From an uncultured Verrucomicrobiae bacterium (GTDB lineage: Bacteria > Verrucomicrobiota > Verrucomicrobiia > Limisphaerales > JAFGQR01): a stretch of DNA of 64,000 nt. A program made the translations under genes and the position numbers. The DNA lies in NCBI GenBank assembly GCA_963788655.1, contig CAWBHS010000059.1:32001-96000 (forward strand), written 5' to 3'. The notes under the pieces are model-generated. The model did not search any database. It was not told where the DNA came from and worked only from the letters and a program-made list of their open reading frames with translations. The first letter of the stretch is position 1; each line of letters starts with the position of its first letter. Below are positions 50,058-59,862 of the stretch, one piece after another.

Positions 50058-51449
50058 ATGAAGCGATGGCACCAAAATTGGGTTCGGTGGTTGACCGGGG
50101 CGTTACTGGTGGTGGTGGGTATGGGCGCGACGGTGCTGCCGGCAACCGGGGATACTTTGAATTGGCGCAAAGCTCAAAACCGCGTCAATGCGGACATTTC
50201 TTCCTGGGATCTCAATCGATTGCTGGCCGAATTGGCGGCTGCGACGGACTGGCAAATCTTCGTAGAACCGGACGCCCGGCGCACCGTTTCCACCAAATTC
50301 AGCGACCGCACCACCGGCGAGGCGTTGCGCCTGTTGTTGGGCGATCTGAATTTTGCGCTGGTGCCGCAAACCAACGGCGCGGCCCGGTTGTATGTATTCC
50401 GCACCTCCCCCCAGGAAGCCACCCGCCAGATCCATCCGCATTCCCGGGCCAAACCCATTCCCAACGAACTCATCGTGACGCTCAAACCGGGCGCCGATAT
50501 TGACGAACTGGCCCGTTTGTTGGGCGCGAAAGTCAGCGGGCGCGTCGATAAACTGAATTTGTACCGGTTGGAATTCAAAGATGCCGCGGCGATGGCCGCC
50601 GCCCGCGACTACCTCAAGCAAAGCGACGATGTGGCGTCGGTCGATTTCAATTTCCCCCTCAAGCCCCAACCGTTGCCGGAACAACTGGCCTACAGTTCCT
50701 TTCCCCCGTTGAACCTCAAGCCGAACGTCACCAGCGACGGCAAACACATCGTGGTGGGCTTGATCGATACGGCTCTGGATGTCAAAGACAGTCCCTACGC
50801 GGATCTGTTGTTGCCAAGCATTTCGGTCGCCGGCGAGAGCCCTGCGTCCACCACCAGCACCGCGCTGACGCACGGCGATTCCATGACCCAAACCCTGTTG
50901 CGCGGTCTATCGGGGCTGGCCGATGGCAGCGAGGGCACACAAGTGCGCATCCAGCCGGTGGATGTCTATGGCAGCAGTGCTGCCACCACCAGCTTTCAAG
51001 TGGCCGAGGGCGTCTATGCCGCGATCAATTCCGGAGCCACGATCATCAACCTGAGCCTGGGCAGCGACGGCCCGATGGATTATCTGCACCAGATCATCCA
51101 GGACGCGCACCAACAGGGAGTGCTGTTCTTTGCCGCCGCGGGCAACGAACCCACAACCACGCCCTCCTTTCCGGCGGCGTATCCCGAAGTGATTGCGGTC
51201 ACCGCCGGCACGAGCAGCGGGGATATTGCTCCGTATGCGAACCGGGGTGATTTTGTCGATGCCATCGCCCCCGGCTCGATGATTGTCAAAGACAACCAGG
51301 GCGCCATGTTTCTGGTGTCGGGCACTTCAGTTTCCACGGCGTATGCGGCCGGAATGGCGGCGGGCTTGACGGAACGCAGCGGTGCCAGTCCGCAGAATGT
51401 CGAGGCTTCGATCCGCCTGAACCTGGCCCCCAAGAGCCTCGCCAAGTGA
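50058..51449 (+). CDS. S8 subtilisin-like peptidase with N-terminal extension
   Basis: VGLIDT (D), THG (H), INLSLG, AAAGN and SGTS (S). Confidence 0.88.
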   Translation: MKRWHQNWVRWLTGALLVVVGMGATVLPATGDTLNWRKAQNRVNADISSWDLNRLLAELAAATDWQIFVEPDARRTVSTKFSDRTTGEALRLLLGDLNFALVPQTNGAARLYVFRTSPQEATRQIHPHSRAKPIPNELIVTLKPGADIDELARLLGAKVSGRVDKLNLYRLEFKDAAAMAAARDYLKQSDDVASVDFNFPLKPQPLPEQLAYSSFPPLNLKPNVTSDGKHIVVGLIDTALDVKDSPYADLLLPSISVAGESPASTTSTALTHGDSMTQTLLRGLSGLADGSEGTQVRIQPVDVYGSSAATTSFQVAEGVYAAINSGATIINLSLGSDGPMDYLHQIIQDAHQQGVLFFAAAGNEPTTTPSFPAAYPEVIAVTAGTSSGDIAPYANRGDFVDAIAPGSMIVKDNQGAMFLVSGTSVSTAYAAGMAAGLTERSGASPQNVEASIRLNLAPKSLAK

Positions 51450-51491
51450 TTTGCGGCTTGAACCCGCCGCCGGCTCGTCTAAGCTGTTTTC

Positions 51492-52328
51492 GTGGTATCC
51501 CTGACGGACCGCAATGCTTTCGCCGTGGCCGTAGTCTTCTATGGCCTGAGCACGTTGTACTCGGTTTTCCTGTGGCGGAAAGGCTTTCGCCATCATAACC
51601 GGGTGACCTATCTTTTGCTCGCGGGCGGTTTCTGCTTTCACACCCTGGCCCTGCTCAAGCGCGGCTTCTCGCTCAGCCGGTGCCCGGTTACGAACCTCTA
51701 CGAAGCCACGACGTTTGTCGCCTGGACCATCGTCGCCGCCTACATTGCCACCGGTTGGTGGTCGCGGTTGCGGTTCCTGGGCGCATTCGCTTCCCCGGTG
51801 CTCCTCGCCATGGGCGTGTTTGCGTTGTTCCCGGATTTGGATAAGCACGGGCCGACGCCGCAGTTCAACCATGGACTCTTGAGCCTGCACGCTTCGCTCG
51901 TGTTGCTGTCCTACGGGGCCTTCGGCTTGAGTTGCGTGGCCGGCTTGATGTACCTGACCCAGGAACACAATTTGAAGTACAACAAACTTCGGGCGCTGGC
52001 GTCCCTGCTGCCGCCGATTCAACGCCTGGAAATGGTAATGAGCCGGTTACTGGTGGTGGGTATGATTCTACTAACCGCCGGCTTGGCGATCTCGCCGCTG
52101 CTGCTCGAGGAACTCGCGGCCCAACAGCCGGCAAGAGGTTTGTTTATCACGGACGCCAAGGTGATTTGGTCGGGCTTGATTTGGCTTTTTTACCTGGCCT
52201 TGCTGATTATGCGCTGGCGTTACGCGCGGGGAGGACGCCGGCTGGCCTGGGGTGTGGTCGGCACGTTTGGATTTATTTTGCTGACCTTCTGGGGCACGCA
52301 CCTCCTGTCCACGATCCATAATTCATGA
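51492..52328 (+). CDS. ccsA: Cytochrome c assembly protein CcsA/HemX-like
   Basis: CPVTNLYE, LHASL..LSYGAF and YLTQEHNLK; upstream of hemA. Confidence 0.85.
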   Translation: MVSLTDRNAFAVAVVFYGLSTLYSVFLWRKGFRHHNRVTYLLLAGGFCFHTLALLKRGFSLSRCPVTNLYEATTFVAWTIVAAYIATGWWSRLRFLGAFASPVLLAMGVFALFPDLDKHGPTPQFNHGLLSLHASLVLLSYGAFGLSCVAGLMYLTQEHNLKYNKLRALASLLPPIQRLEMVMSRLLVVGMILLTAGLAISPLLLEELAAQQPARGLFITDAKVIWSGLIWLFYLALLIMRWRYARGGRRLAWGVVGTFGFILLTFWGTHLLSTIHNS

Positions 52329-52335
52329 AACGGCT

Positions 52336-53394
52336 ATGGCCCTGCTCGTCATTGGTCTGAACCATCGCACCGCGCCGGTCACGCTGCGCGAGCAGTTCGC
52401 CATTGCCGAGGCGCGCGTGCCGGCCACCGCGCAACTGTTGCGCCAGGAAAACATTGCGGACGAGATTGTTATCCTATCCACCTGTAATCGCGTCGAGTTT
52501 TACATTTCCACTTCGCTCGAACCACGACAAGCGTTCGAGGAATTGCAGGCCTTCCTGGTGCATTGCGCCGGCTACCGGGATCCGCTCACGGACGAAATCT
52601 ACCGCTGGTCAGAGCCCCAAAGCATCGAACACTTGTTCAAGGTGGCCTGCGGTATGGACTCGATGGTGTTGGGCGAAACCGAGATTTTGGGCCAGTTGAA
52701 AAAAGCTTACGACCTGGCCCTGCACCACAGTCATACGGGCCGGGTATTAAACAAGGCCTTCCAAAAAGCATTCAACGTCGCCAAGCACGTGCGCACCCAC
52801 ACCAACATCCAGCGGGGCAGTATTTCGGTGGCATCGGTGGCGGTCGAACTGGCGGAAAAGATCTTCAACAAACTGGCCGAGCACCAGGTCATGGTCATCG
52901 GCGCCGGCGACACCAGCGAGAAGGCCGCGCGCGCCTTGCTGTCCCGCGGCGCCCGAAGTGTCGTCGTGGCCAACCGATCCTTCGAGCGCGCCCTTGCGCT
53001 GGCCACCGAGCTGGGCGGACGAGCGGTGCGCTTTGACGATTGGGAGGCCGAGTTTGAACAAATCGACATTGCCATCAGCAGCACCTCCGCGCCGCATTAC
53101 GTATTGACGCCCGCCGTGCTGGAGCCACTGATGAAAGCGCGCCGGCATCGGCCGTTGCTGCTCGTTGACATCGCGGTGCCGCGGGATATCGATCCGGCCG
53201 TGAACTTTATTGACGACATCTATCTTTACAACATTGACGATCTGCAGGCCATTGCGGCGGACTCCCTCAAACGGCGCCAGGCAGAAATCGCGCAATGCGA
53301 GGCAATCATCCGCGAAAAAGCGCGTGGTTTGATCAAATCCCACCAACCGCCCACCATTCCTCCCGCGACCACTCCAGCATTCGGACACGAATAA
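52336..53394 (+). CDS. hemA: Glutamyl-tRNA reductase
   Basis: GLNHRTAP, STCNRVE, GETEILGQ and DIAVPRD. Confidence 0.97.
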   Translation: MALLVIGLNHRTAPVTLREQFAIAEARVPATAQLLRQENIADEIVILSTCNRVEFYISTSLEPRQAFEELQAFLVHCAGYRDPLTDEIYRWSEPQSIEHLFKVACGMDSMVLGETEILGQLKKAYDLALHHSHTGRVLNKAFQKAFNVAKHVRTHTNIQRGSISVASVAVELAEKIFNKLAEHQVMVIGAGDTSEKAARALLSRGARSVVVANRSFERALALATELGGRAVRFDDWEAEFEQIDIAISSTSAPHYVLTPAVLEPLMKARRHRPLLLVDIAVPRDIDPAVNFIDDIYLYNIDDLQAIAADSLKRRQAEIAQCEAIIREKARGLIKSHQPPTIPPATTPAFGHE

Positions 53395-53396
53395 CC

Positions 53397-54362
53397 ATGC
53401 CTGAAGACAAACACACCATTCGCATCGCCACTCGTGGGAGCGCCTTGGCCTTGGCCCAAGCCCGCTTGGTTATGGCGCAGTGCCAGGAAGCCTTTCCGGA
53501 ATTGTCGTTCGAATTGAACATCATCAAAACCACCGGCGACAAAGCCCTCGGAGCTTCCCTGGCAAACCCGGAGTTGCCCAAAGGATTGTTCACCAAAGAA
53601 CTCGAAGTGGCGCTCTTGAAGGGTGAAGCTGATCTGGCCGTGCATAGTTTGAAGGATCTGCCCACGGACCTGCCCGCAGGTTTGAAGCTGGGCGCCGTTA
53701 GTTCCCGCGAGGATGTGCGGGATGTCCTCATCTATCACACCGACGCCCTCGGCCCACTGACCACCTTGAGTGACCTGCCCGATGGCACCGTCGTGGCGAC
53801 CAGCAGCACCCGGCGCAGCGCCCAATTGCTCGAACACCGACCCGGTTTGAAAGTGATCCCCATTCGCGGCAACGTCGGTACCCGCTTGCGCAAGGTGGTG
53901 GAACAACCCGACTTGAGCGCCACCATTCTCGCCGCCGCTGGTCTGTCGCGGCTCGGCATCCACATCCAACCCGATGGGCAACTGACCGGTGAAGGCGTGC
54001 CCGCCGGCCTCCGGGCGATTCGCTTGGAACCGGAAGAGATGCTGCCGTGTGTCGGCCAGGCGGCTTTGGGGTTGGAAGTGCGCGAAAGAGACGAACGCAT
54101 CACCCCGCTATGTGACAAGTTAAACGATCCAGATACCTTTAGCTGCGTCACGGCAGAACGCGCATTTTTGCAGGCAATGGGCGGCGGATGCCATCTGGCC
54201 GTGGCTGCCTACGGCCAAATCCAATCCGGGCAACTTTACGTGCGGGCCGTATCCTTTCTTCAAGGTGCTCCCCGGCGAGGCGAAGGCAACAGTTCACCCG
54301 AAGCCGCAAGCGAACTGGGCCAGCGCCTGGCCAGGGAGCTTTTGGCAGGTCCAGCTTCCTGA
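53397..54362 (+). CDS. hemC: Hydroxymethylbilane synthase
   Basis: ATRGSALALAQ, GLFTKELE, VHSLKD, RGNVGTRL and GGGC. Confidence 0.97.
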   Translation: MPEDKHTIRIATRGSALALAQARLVMAQCQEAFPELSFELNIIKTTGDKALGASLANPELPKGLFTKELEVALLKGEADLAVHSLKDLPTDLPAGLKLGAVSSREDVRDVLIYHTDALGPLTTLSDLPDGTVVATSSTRRSAQLLEHRPGLKVIPIRGNVGTRLRKVVEQPDLSATILAAAGLSRLGIHIQPDGQLTGEGVPAGLRAIRLEPEEMLPCVGQAALGLEVRERDERITPLCDKLNDPDTFSCVTAERAFLQAMGGGCHLAVAAYGQIQSGQLYVRAVSFLQGAPRRGEGNSSPEAASELGQRLARELLAGPAS

Positions 54363-54521
54363 ATTCTTCTTTCGCACGGAAATGATCGGCCGCTCGAGAT
54401 GCCACTTTCAAGATTGCGTTTCCAGTTCCCCCGGAGGAAGAAAATATTCGACCTGACGGCGAGAGCGTGTACGAATCGGTATCGCTATGGTAACTTGTTT
54501 GGCAAAGGAAACGTGGTCTGA

Positions 54522-56054
54522 ATGAAAGCAAAGGGCATAGTCTATTTGGTGGGGGCAGGTCCGGGCGACGCCGGACTCCTCACACTCCGGGGGGCTGAAT
54601 TGCTCGGCCGGGCCAACGTCGTGGTGTATGACGTATTGGTCAATCCCGCCTTGCTTCGCCTGGCACCGCCGTCCGCAGAACTGATCTGCCGCGGAAAATC
54701 AGCCAGCGACAAAGCGTTGTCGCAGGCGGACATGAACACCCTGATGGTAGCCCGCGCCAAGGCCGGGCAATGTGTCGTCCGTTTGAAGGGTGGCGATCCC
54801 TACATCTTCGGACGCGGCGGCGAAGAAGCTGAAGAACTGGCCGCCGCCGGCATCGGGTTCGAAGTGGTGCCCGGAGTTTCTTCCATCGTTGCCGGCCCGA
54901 ACTATGCGGGGGTGCCTTTGACCCACCGGGATTATTGTTCAAGTTTCACCGTGTTGACCGGCCATGGGAATCCGGAAGCGGGCGCGACCAAGCTGGAGTT
55001 GGATCAGATTGCCAACCTCCCCGGCACCAAAGTCGTGCTCATGGGGATGAAGCGTATGCGCGAATGGACCGCCAGTCTGGTTGAGCACGGCATGCCGGCC
55101 GCTACTCGCGTGGCGGTGGTGCAATGGGCCACGACCGGCCAGCAACAGTCGGTCGAAGGCACCCTGGCGACCATCGCTGAGCAGGTTGCGCAACGCGGCC
55201 TCACCCCACCGGCGCTGACGATCATCGGCGACGTCGTCAAACTGCGTCCGAAACTGAACTGGTTCGAACATCGTCCCCTCTTCGGGCAACGGTGTGTGAT
55301 CACCCGAGCCCGGCACCAGTGCGAGACTCTGGCTCGGCAACTCACTGAACTGGGGGCGGACGTGTTGGAAATTGCCTGCTTGAAAATCGTGGCTCCGAAG
55401 GACAAACAACCGCTGGCGGACGCGCTGCTCACGCTGGGAGAATACGATTGGATTGTGTTCACCAGCGTCAACGGCGTGAACGCTTTCTTTGACTATTTCT
55501 TCAAGGCGTTCGAAGACGTCCGCGATTTGGGCGCCGTACGGATCGCGGCCGTCGGCCCAGGCACCGCCGCGCGCTTGCGGGAATTGCACCTCAAAGTGGA
55601 CGTGATGCCCAAGGAGGCGTTGGGGGTGCGGATTGCCAAGGCGCTGAACGAATTTGAAAGCATTGAGAACTTGAAAATCATGCTGGCGCGCGCCGAGACC
55701 GCGAATTCGGATTTGCCCGCCGCCCTCAACGAAAGGCGGGCGATCGTGGATGACGTCCCCTGTTACCAGACGGTGCCGGAAACCGAAGACCGCACCGGGG
55801 CAGGCGCCCGCCTGCTGGCCGAGGGCGCTCAATGGATCACCTTCACGAGCGGCTCGACGGTGGACCATTTCCATGCCCGGTTTGACCTGCCCAAATTGCT
55901 CGCCCAATTTCCCGAGTTGAAACTGGCTTCGATTGGACCGGAAACCAGCAAGGTGTTGGGCAAATTGGGATTAAAGCCCACCGTCGAAGCCCGCGAACAC
56001 ACGATGGACGGTTTGGTCAAGGGCATCAGGGCGCACGTCAAGTCAAGAGCGTGA
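54522..56054 (+). CDS. cobA/hemD: Uroporphyrinogen-III C-methyltransferase / synthase fusion
   Basis: LVGAGPGD and RLKGGDP.IFGRGGEE; HemD motifs FTSVNGV and FTSGSTV. Confidence 0.95.
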   Translation: MKAKGIVYLVGAGPGDAGLLTLRGAELLGRANVVVYDVLVNPALLRLAPPSAELICRGKSASDKALSQADMNTLMVARAKAGQCVVRLKGGDPYIFGRGGEEAEELAAAGIGFEVVPGVSSIVAGPNYAGVPLTHRDYCSSFTVLTGHGNPEAGATKLELDQIANLPGTKVVLMGMKRMREWTASLVEHGMPAATRVAVVQWATTGQQQSVEGTLATIAEQVAQRGLTPPALTIIGDVVKLRPKLNWFEHRPLFGQRCVITRARHQCETLARQLTELGADVLEIACLKIVAPKDKQPLADALLTLGEYDWIVFTSVNGVNAFFDYFFKAFEDVRDLGAVRIAAVGPGTAARLRELHLKVDVMPKEALGVRIAKALNEFESIENLKIMLARAETANSDLPAALNERRAIVDDVPCYQTVPETEDRTGAGARLLAEGAQWITFTSGSTVDHFHARFDLPKLLAQFPELKLASIGPETSKVLGKLGLKPTVEAREHTMDGLVKGIRAHVKSRA

Positions 56055-56076
56055 GATGAGCGGACGGCGCAACCCG

Positions 56077-56634
56077 TCATTGCTGGCAGAACCGTTCCAG
56101 CAGCAACTCAAATTCCAACGCCTGAATCGCCTTCAGAAGTCGCACGCGCGCATCGCCGGCAGGCCGGCCGGAGGCGACGTTGCAGGCGGTTACAAAGGCG
56201 TGCGGATCCCATTGGCCGGCAGGCAATAATTGCGAACCCAGCATAGTGTCGTTGTGCGACTGGAGCAGCGCAGCCACCCGATTAGCAAGTTCGGGATAGC
56301 ACGGATGCGTTCCGACCCGGCGAAACCAGTATTTGGAGTTCCAGTAATCCGGTTCGCGCCGGTGCATGAGGCCATGCACATAGCTTCCGTCGGCGTTGTC
56401 AATGCCCTGGGAGATTTTGTGGGACGCATCCAAAAGATCGTGCCACAACAGGACGGTGGCACGAATCAGATCGCCCTTGAGGTTGGACACGGCGTGCGTT
56501 GCCAAGGTCGCTTCGAGTTGCGGCTTCAAGACATCCAACGGCTGCGCGCCATCACGCGGACCCGGGCCCAAGTCGGCCGGGTTCGCCGTCGCCATCAATC
56601 CCTGAACTTGCTGAAGCAAGTTTGTCTCGCCCAT
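56077..56634 (-). CDS. Conserved hypothetical protein
   Basis: MGETNLL...LWHD.LDASHKISQ...HGLMHRREPDYWNSKYWFRRVGTHP. Confidence 0.8.
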   Translation of the reverse strand: MGETNLLQQVQGLMATANPADLGPGPRDGAQPLDVLKPQLEATLATHAVSNLKGDLIRATVLLWHDLLDASHKISQGIDNADGSYVHGLMHRREPDYWNSKYWFRRVGTHPCYPELANRVAALLQSHNDTMLGSQLLPAGQWDPHAFVTACNVASGRPAGDARVRLLKAIQALEFELLLERFCQQ

Positions 56635-56686
56635 GTCGGAACTATAATTCCCTACCGAGCGCAGGCCAGCACAAAACTGGGGCTGG

Positions 56687-58168
56687 TCAGACCGTGTACG
56701 TGCTGGAAGCCGTGGTGCCGCCGTGGCCGGTCCAGTTGGTGTGGAAGAACTGGCCGCGCGGCTTGTCCACGCGCTCGTAGGTGTGCGCGCCGAAGTAATC
56801 GCGCTGGGCCTGGAGCAGGTTGGCCGGCAGCACGTTCGCTGCGGTAGCCGTCGTAGAACGCCAGCGCGGTGCTGAACGCCGGCACCGGAATGCCCTTCTT
56901 GACGGCCGATGGCCACCACGTTGCGCCAGCGCTTTCTGGCAGCTCTTGATCTGCCTTCTGGAAGAATCGGATCGAGCAGCAGGTTGGCCAGTTTGGGTTC
57001 TTGTCGAAGGCTTCCTTGATCTTGCCGAGGAAGCGCGCTGCGGATGATGCAGCCGCCGCGCCACATGAGCGCGATGCCGCCGTAGTTCAGGTTCCAGCTC
57101 GTATTCCTGCGCCGCCGCGCGCATGAGCATGTAGCCCTGCGCGTAGCTGATGATCTTCGAGGCGTAGAGCGCGTCGCGGATGTCGTCGATGAACGCCTTT
57201 CTTCGCGGTCGCCGGCGACTTGATGGCTGGGCGCGGGCCTTTCAGTTTCTTGGCGGCCTCCACGCGCTCTTCTTTCAGCGCGGAGAGGCAGCGGCGAATA
57301 GACCGCCTCGGCGATCAGCGTGATCGGGAATGCCCAGGTCCTGCGATGATATGCACCGTCCATTTGCCGGTGCCTTTCTGGCCGGCGGTGTCGAGGATCT
57401 TGTCCACGAGCGGCTGCGCCGTCGGCGTCCTTGTAGGCGAGGATGTCGCGGGTGATCTCGATGAGGTAGGAGTCCAGTTCGCCCTTGTTCCACTCGGCGA
57501 AGACCTGCGTGCATCTCGTCGGCGCGTCATGCCGAGGCCGTTCTTCATAGATGTTGTAGGCTTCGCAGATGAGCTGCATGTCGCCGTACTCGATGCCGTT
57601 GTGGACCATCTTCACGTAGTGGCCGGCGCCGCTTTCGCCCACCCAGTCGCAGCAGGGCGATGCCGTCCTCGACCTTGGCGGCGATGGCCTGGAAGATGTC
57701 CTTCACGTGCGGCCACGCGGCCGGGCGAGCCGCCGGGCATGATGCACGGGCCGTGGCGCGCGCCTTCCTCGCCGCCGGACACGCCGGTGCCGATGTAGAG
57801 CAGGCCCTTGCTCTCGACATATTTGGTGCGGCGGATGGTGTCTTCGAAGAGCGAATTGCCGCCGTCGATGATGATGTCGCCCGGTTCGAGGTGCGGCAGG
57901 AGGTGTTCGATGAATTCGTCCACCGGCTTGCCGGCCTTGACCATGAGCATGACGCGGCGCGGGCGTCTTCAGCAGGCCGACCATTTCCTCGATGGAGTGC
58001 GCGCCGATGACGTTGGTGCCCTTGGCTTCGTTGGCGAGGAAATCGTCCACCTTGGAGACGGTGCGGTTGAAGGCCACGACGGTGAAGCCGTGGTCGTTCA
58101 TGTTCAGAATGAGGTTCTGGCCCATGACGGCCAGGCCGATCAATGCGATGTCAGCTTGTAGGTTCCAT
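56687..58168 (-). CDS. gnd: 6-phosphogluconate dehydrogenase (many frameshifts)
   Basis: [44 protein letters not shown] and [14 protein letters not shown], spread across frames. Confidence 0.95.
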
Positions 58169-58386
58169 GTTGTTTTCAGGTCAAAAGTTAAAGCAAGCCG
58201 CCACGATACCGAAGCAGATTGAGCTTGCCAGCAGAAATTTCGCAAGAAACCGTGGAAAATGACCGGTGAGCAAGGTCCGAGGACCAGAGACTCATCGCAG
58301 TAAAGCCCCGGTGTTGAACTGAATAAAGTCACGGTTGAAAGCCGCGCGATGCTTATTCCACTGCGCGTTCAAGAGGAGACTTCAAG

Positions 58387-58455
58387 CGGAGCACGGACAT
58401 TCCGGTTCGCTCGGTAGAAAAGGGCCGCACCAGCAGGCAGGAATGTCCGCGCTCC
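58387..58455. repeat. REP-like inverted repeat
   Basis: ggagcacggacattcc ... ggaatgtccgcgctcc. Confidence 0.7.
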
Positions 58456-58550
58456 AGTTCAAACCCGCTTTAGTCTCAACTTGAAAGCAAAATGGAATTA
58501 AGAGTTCAACCGGAGCGCAAGCCCGCGTCCATGGAACACTCCCTCTTCGA

Positions 58551-59600
58551 TTATTCGCGCTCGAGTGGCGGACGGAAGCCGTGCTTTTTTCCCGAGGCCA
58601 GGCACGCGCTGAGCGATTTCATGCCCGCGGTGCAAGTAGGGTCGGACAGTGACATAGCGGCAGCACAAACACCGATTTCCAGGCAACGGGCCAGTTCCCA
58701 GCCTTCGTGCAAACCCAGCAGCACGCCGGCACAAAAGGCGTCGCCGGCCCCTGCAGTTCCCGCCACCTTTTTTTCAGGCAGCTTCACCGAGGATTGCCAG
58801 ACATCTTCGCCTTTGCGGGTCCGGGCGAAGCCGCCTTCCGGAAAGTGAATGACCACCAGTTCCTGCACCCCTTGCTGGAGCAGGGCGCCGGCGGCGTGGC
58901 GCAAACTGACGGTGTCCAATTCGCCGTTGGGCTGGCGGATTTTGAAGCCGGTGGTGTTGCCGGCCTCGATTTCGTTCAGGATGCAATAGTCCACGTGCTT
59001 GAGCGCGGGCACTACGATCTTGGCGAAGCGGTTGCTGTCCTCGCTCACCACGTCCACACTGGTCTTGAGGCCGGCGGCCTGGGCCGCGGCGAGCAACCGG
59101 GCGGCTTTGGTGCCGAATTTGCCGTCCGCGCCGTCCAGCGAGTCCAAGAGGAGCAAATAGCCGAGGTGGAAAATCCGGGCTTTGGTTTTACCAAAATCCA
59201 AATCCTGCCCATCCCACAAGGCGTTGGCGCCCCGGTAATGGAAAAAAGTGCGCCGGCCGTTGCCGGTTTCGGTCATGACATCGGTGTAAGAGGTGTCAGC
59301 TTTGGGGGTGGTCCGAAGATGGCGGGTGTCAATCTGGTGGTCGCGGCAATCCTTCAAGATGACTTCGCCCAGCGGATCCTTGCCCACGAGGCCGGCGGCA
59401 TACAGCGGCAGTTCCGCCCCCATTTTGGCCAAATCAATCAAAACATTGTACGCTGCCCCGCCGGTGCCCTGATGTTGGCTGAGAATGTTGGCAAGCTGTT
59501 CGCGTTGCGGATACACGTCAATGAGCTTGACCTGGTCGATGATCCAATTGCCGCCGGCCAGCACGCCGCGGCGGTCTATTTTGTTTTTTTTGACTGGCAT
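58551..59600 (-). CDS. PfkB-family carbohydrate kinase
   Basis: GGAAYN, GLVGKD..G, NEIEA and GAGDAF. Confidence 0.92.
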   Translation of the reverse strand: MPVKKNKIDRRGVLAGGNWIIDQVKLIDVYPQREQLANILSQHQGTGGAAYNVLIDLAKMGAELPLYAAGLVGKDPLGEVILKDCRDHQIDTRHLRTTPKADTSYTDVMTETGNGRRTFFHYRGANALWDGQDLDFGKTKARIFHLGYLLLLDSLDGADGKFGTKAARLLAAAQAAGLKTSVDVVSEDSNRFAKIVVPALKHVDYCILNEIEAGNTTGFKIRQPNGELDTVSLRHAAGALLQQGVQELVVIHFPEGGFARTRKGEDVWQSSVKLPEKKVAGTAGAGDAFCAGVLLGLHEGWELARCLEIGVCAAAMSLSDPTCTAGMKSLSACLASGKKHGFRPPLERE

Positions 59601-59862
59601 AGGGTGATGAGCATTCTGTTTTTGGGCGCAATCCACGTTACGGCCGGGTAATCAACTGGAATTGCCAGTTACCCGGATAGTGAATCGAAGGCGAGGGGCT
59701 TCTGGCAAGCCGAAAAAACGGGTCGGAGAGGAACCAGCGAAATGGCGGAGTCCCAAAGCCGAAATCCCAAGGGTTGCGGGTTTGGGGTGAAAACCAAACA
59801 GAGGGCTTGAATTCCAGACCCGCTTACTTTCTCTTTTCAAATGCTCGGTTTCAAAGTAAACA

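Noticed and set aside
56077..57642. 521-aa ORF suggesting a gnd fusion
   Set aside because: Artefact of frameshifts in gnd reading into the separate downstream gene that starts at 56634.
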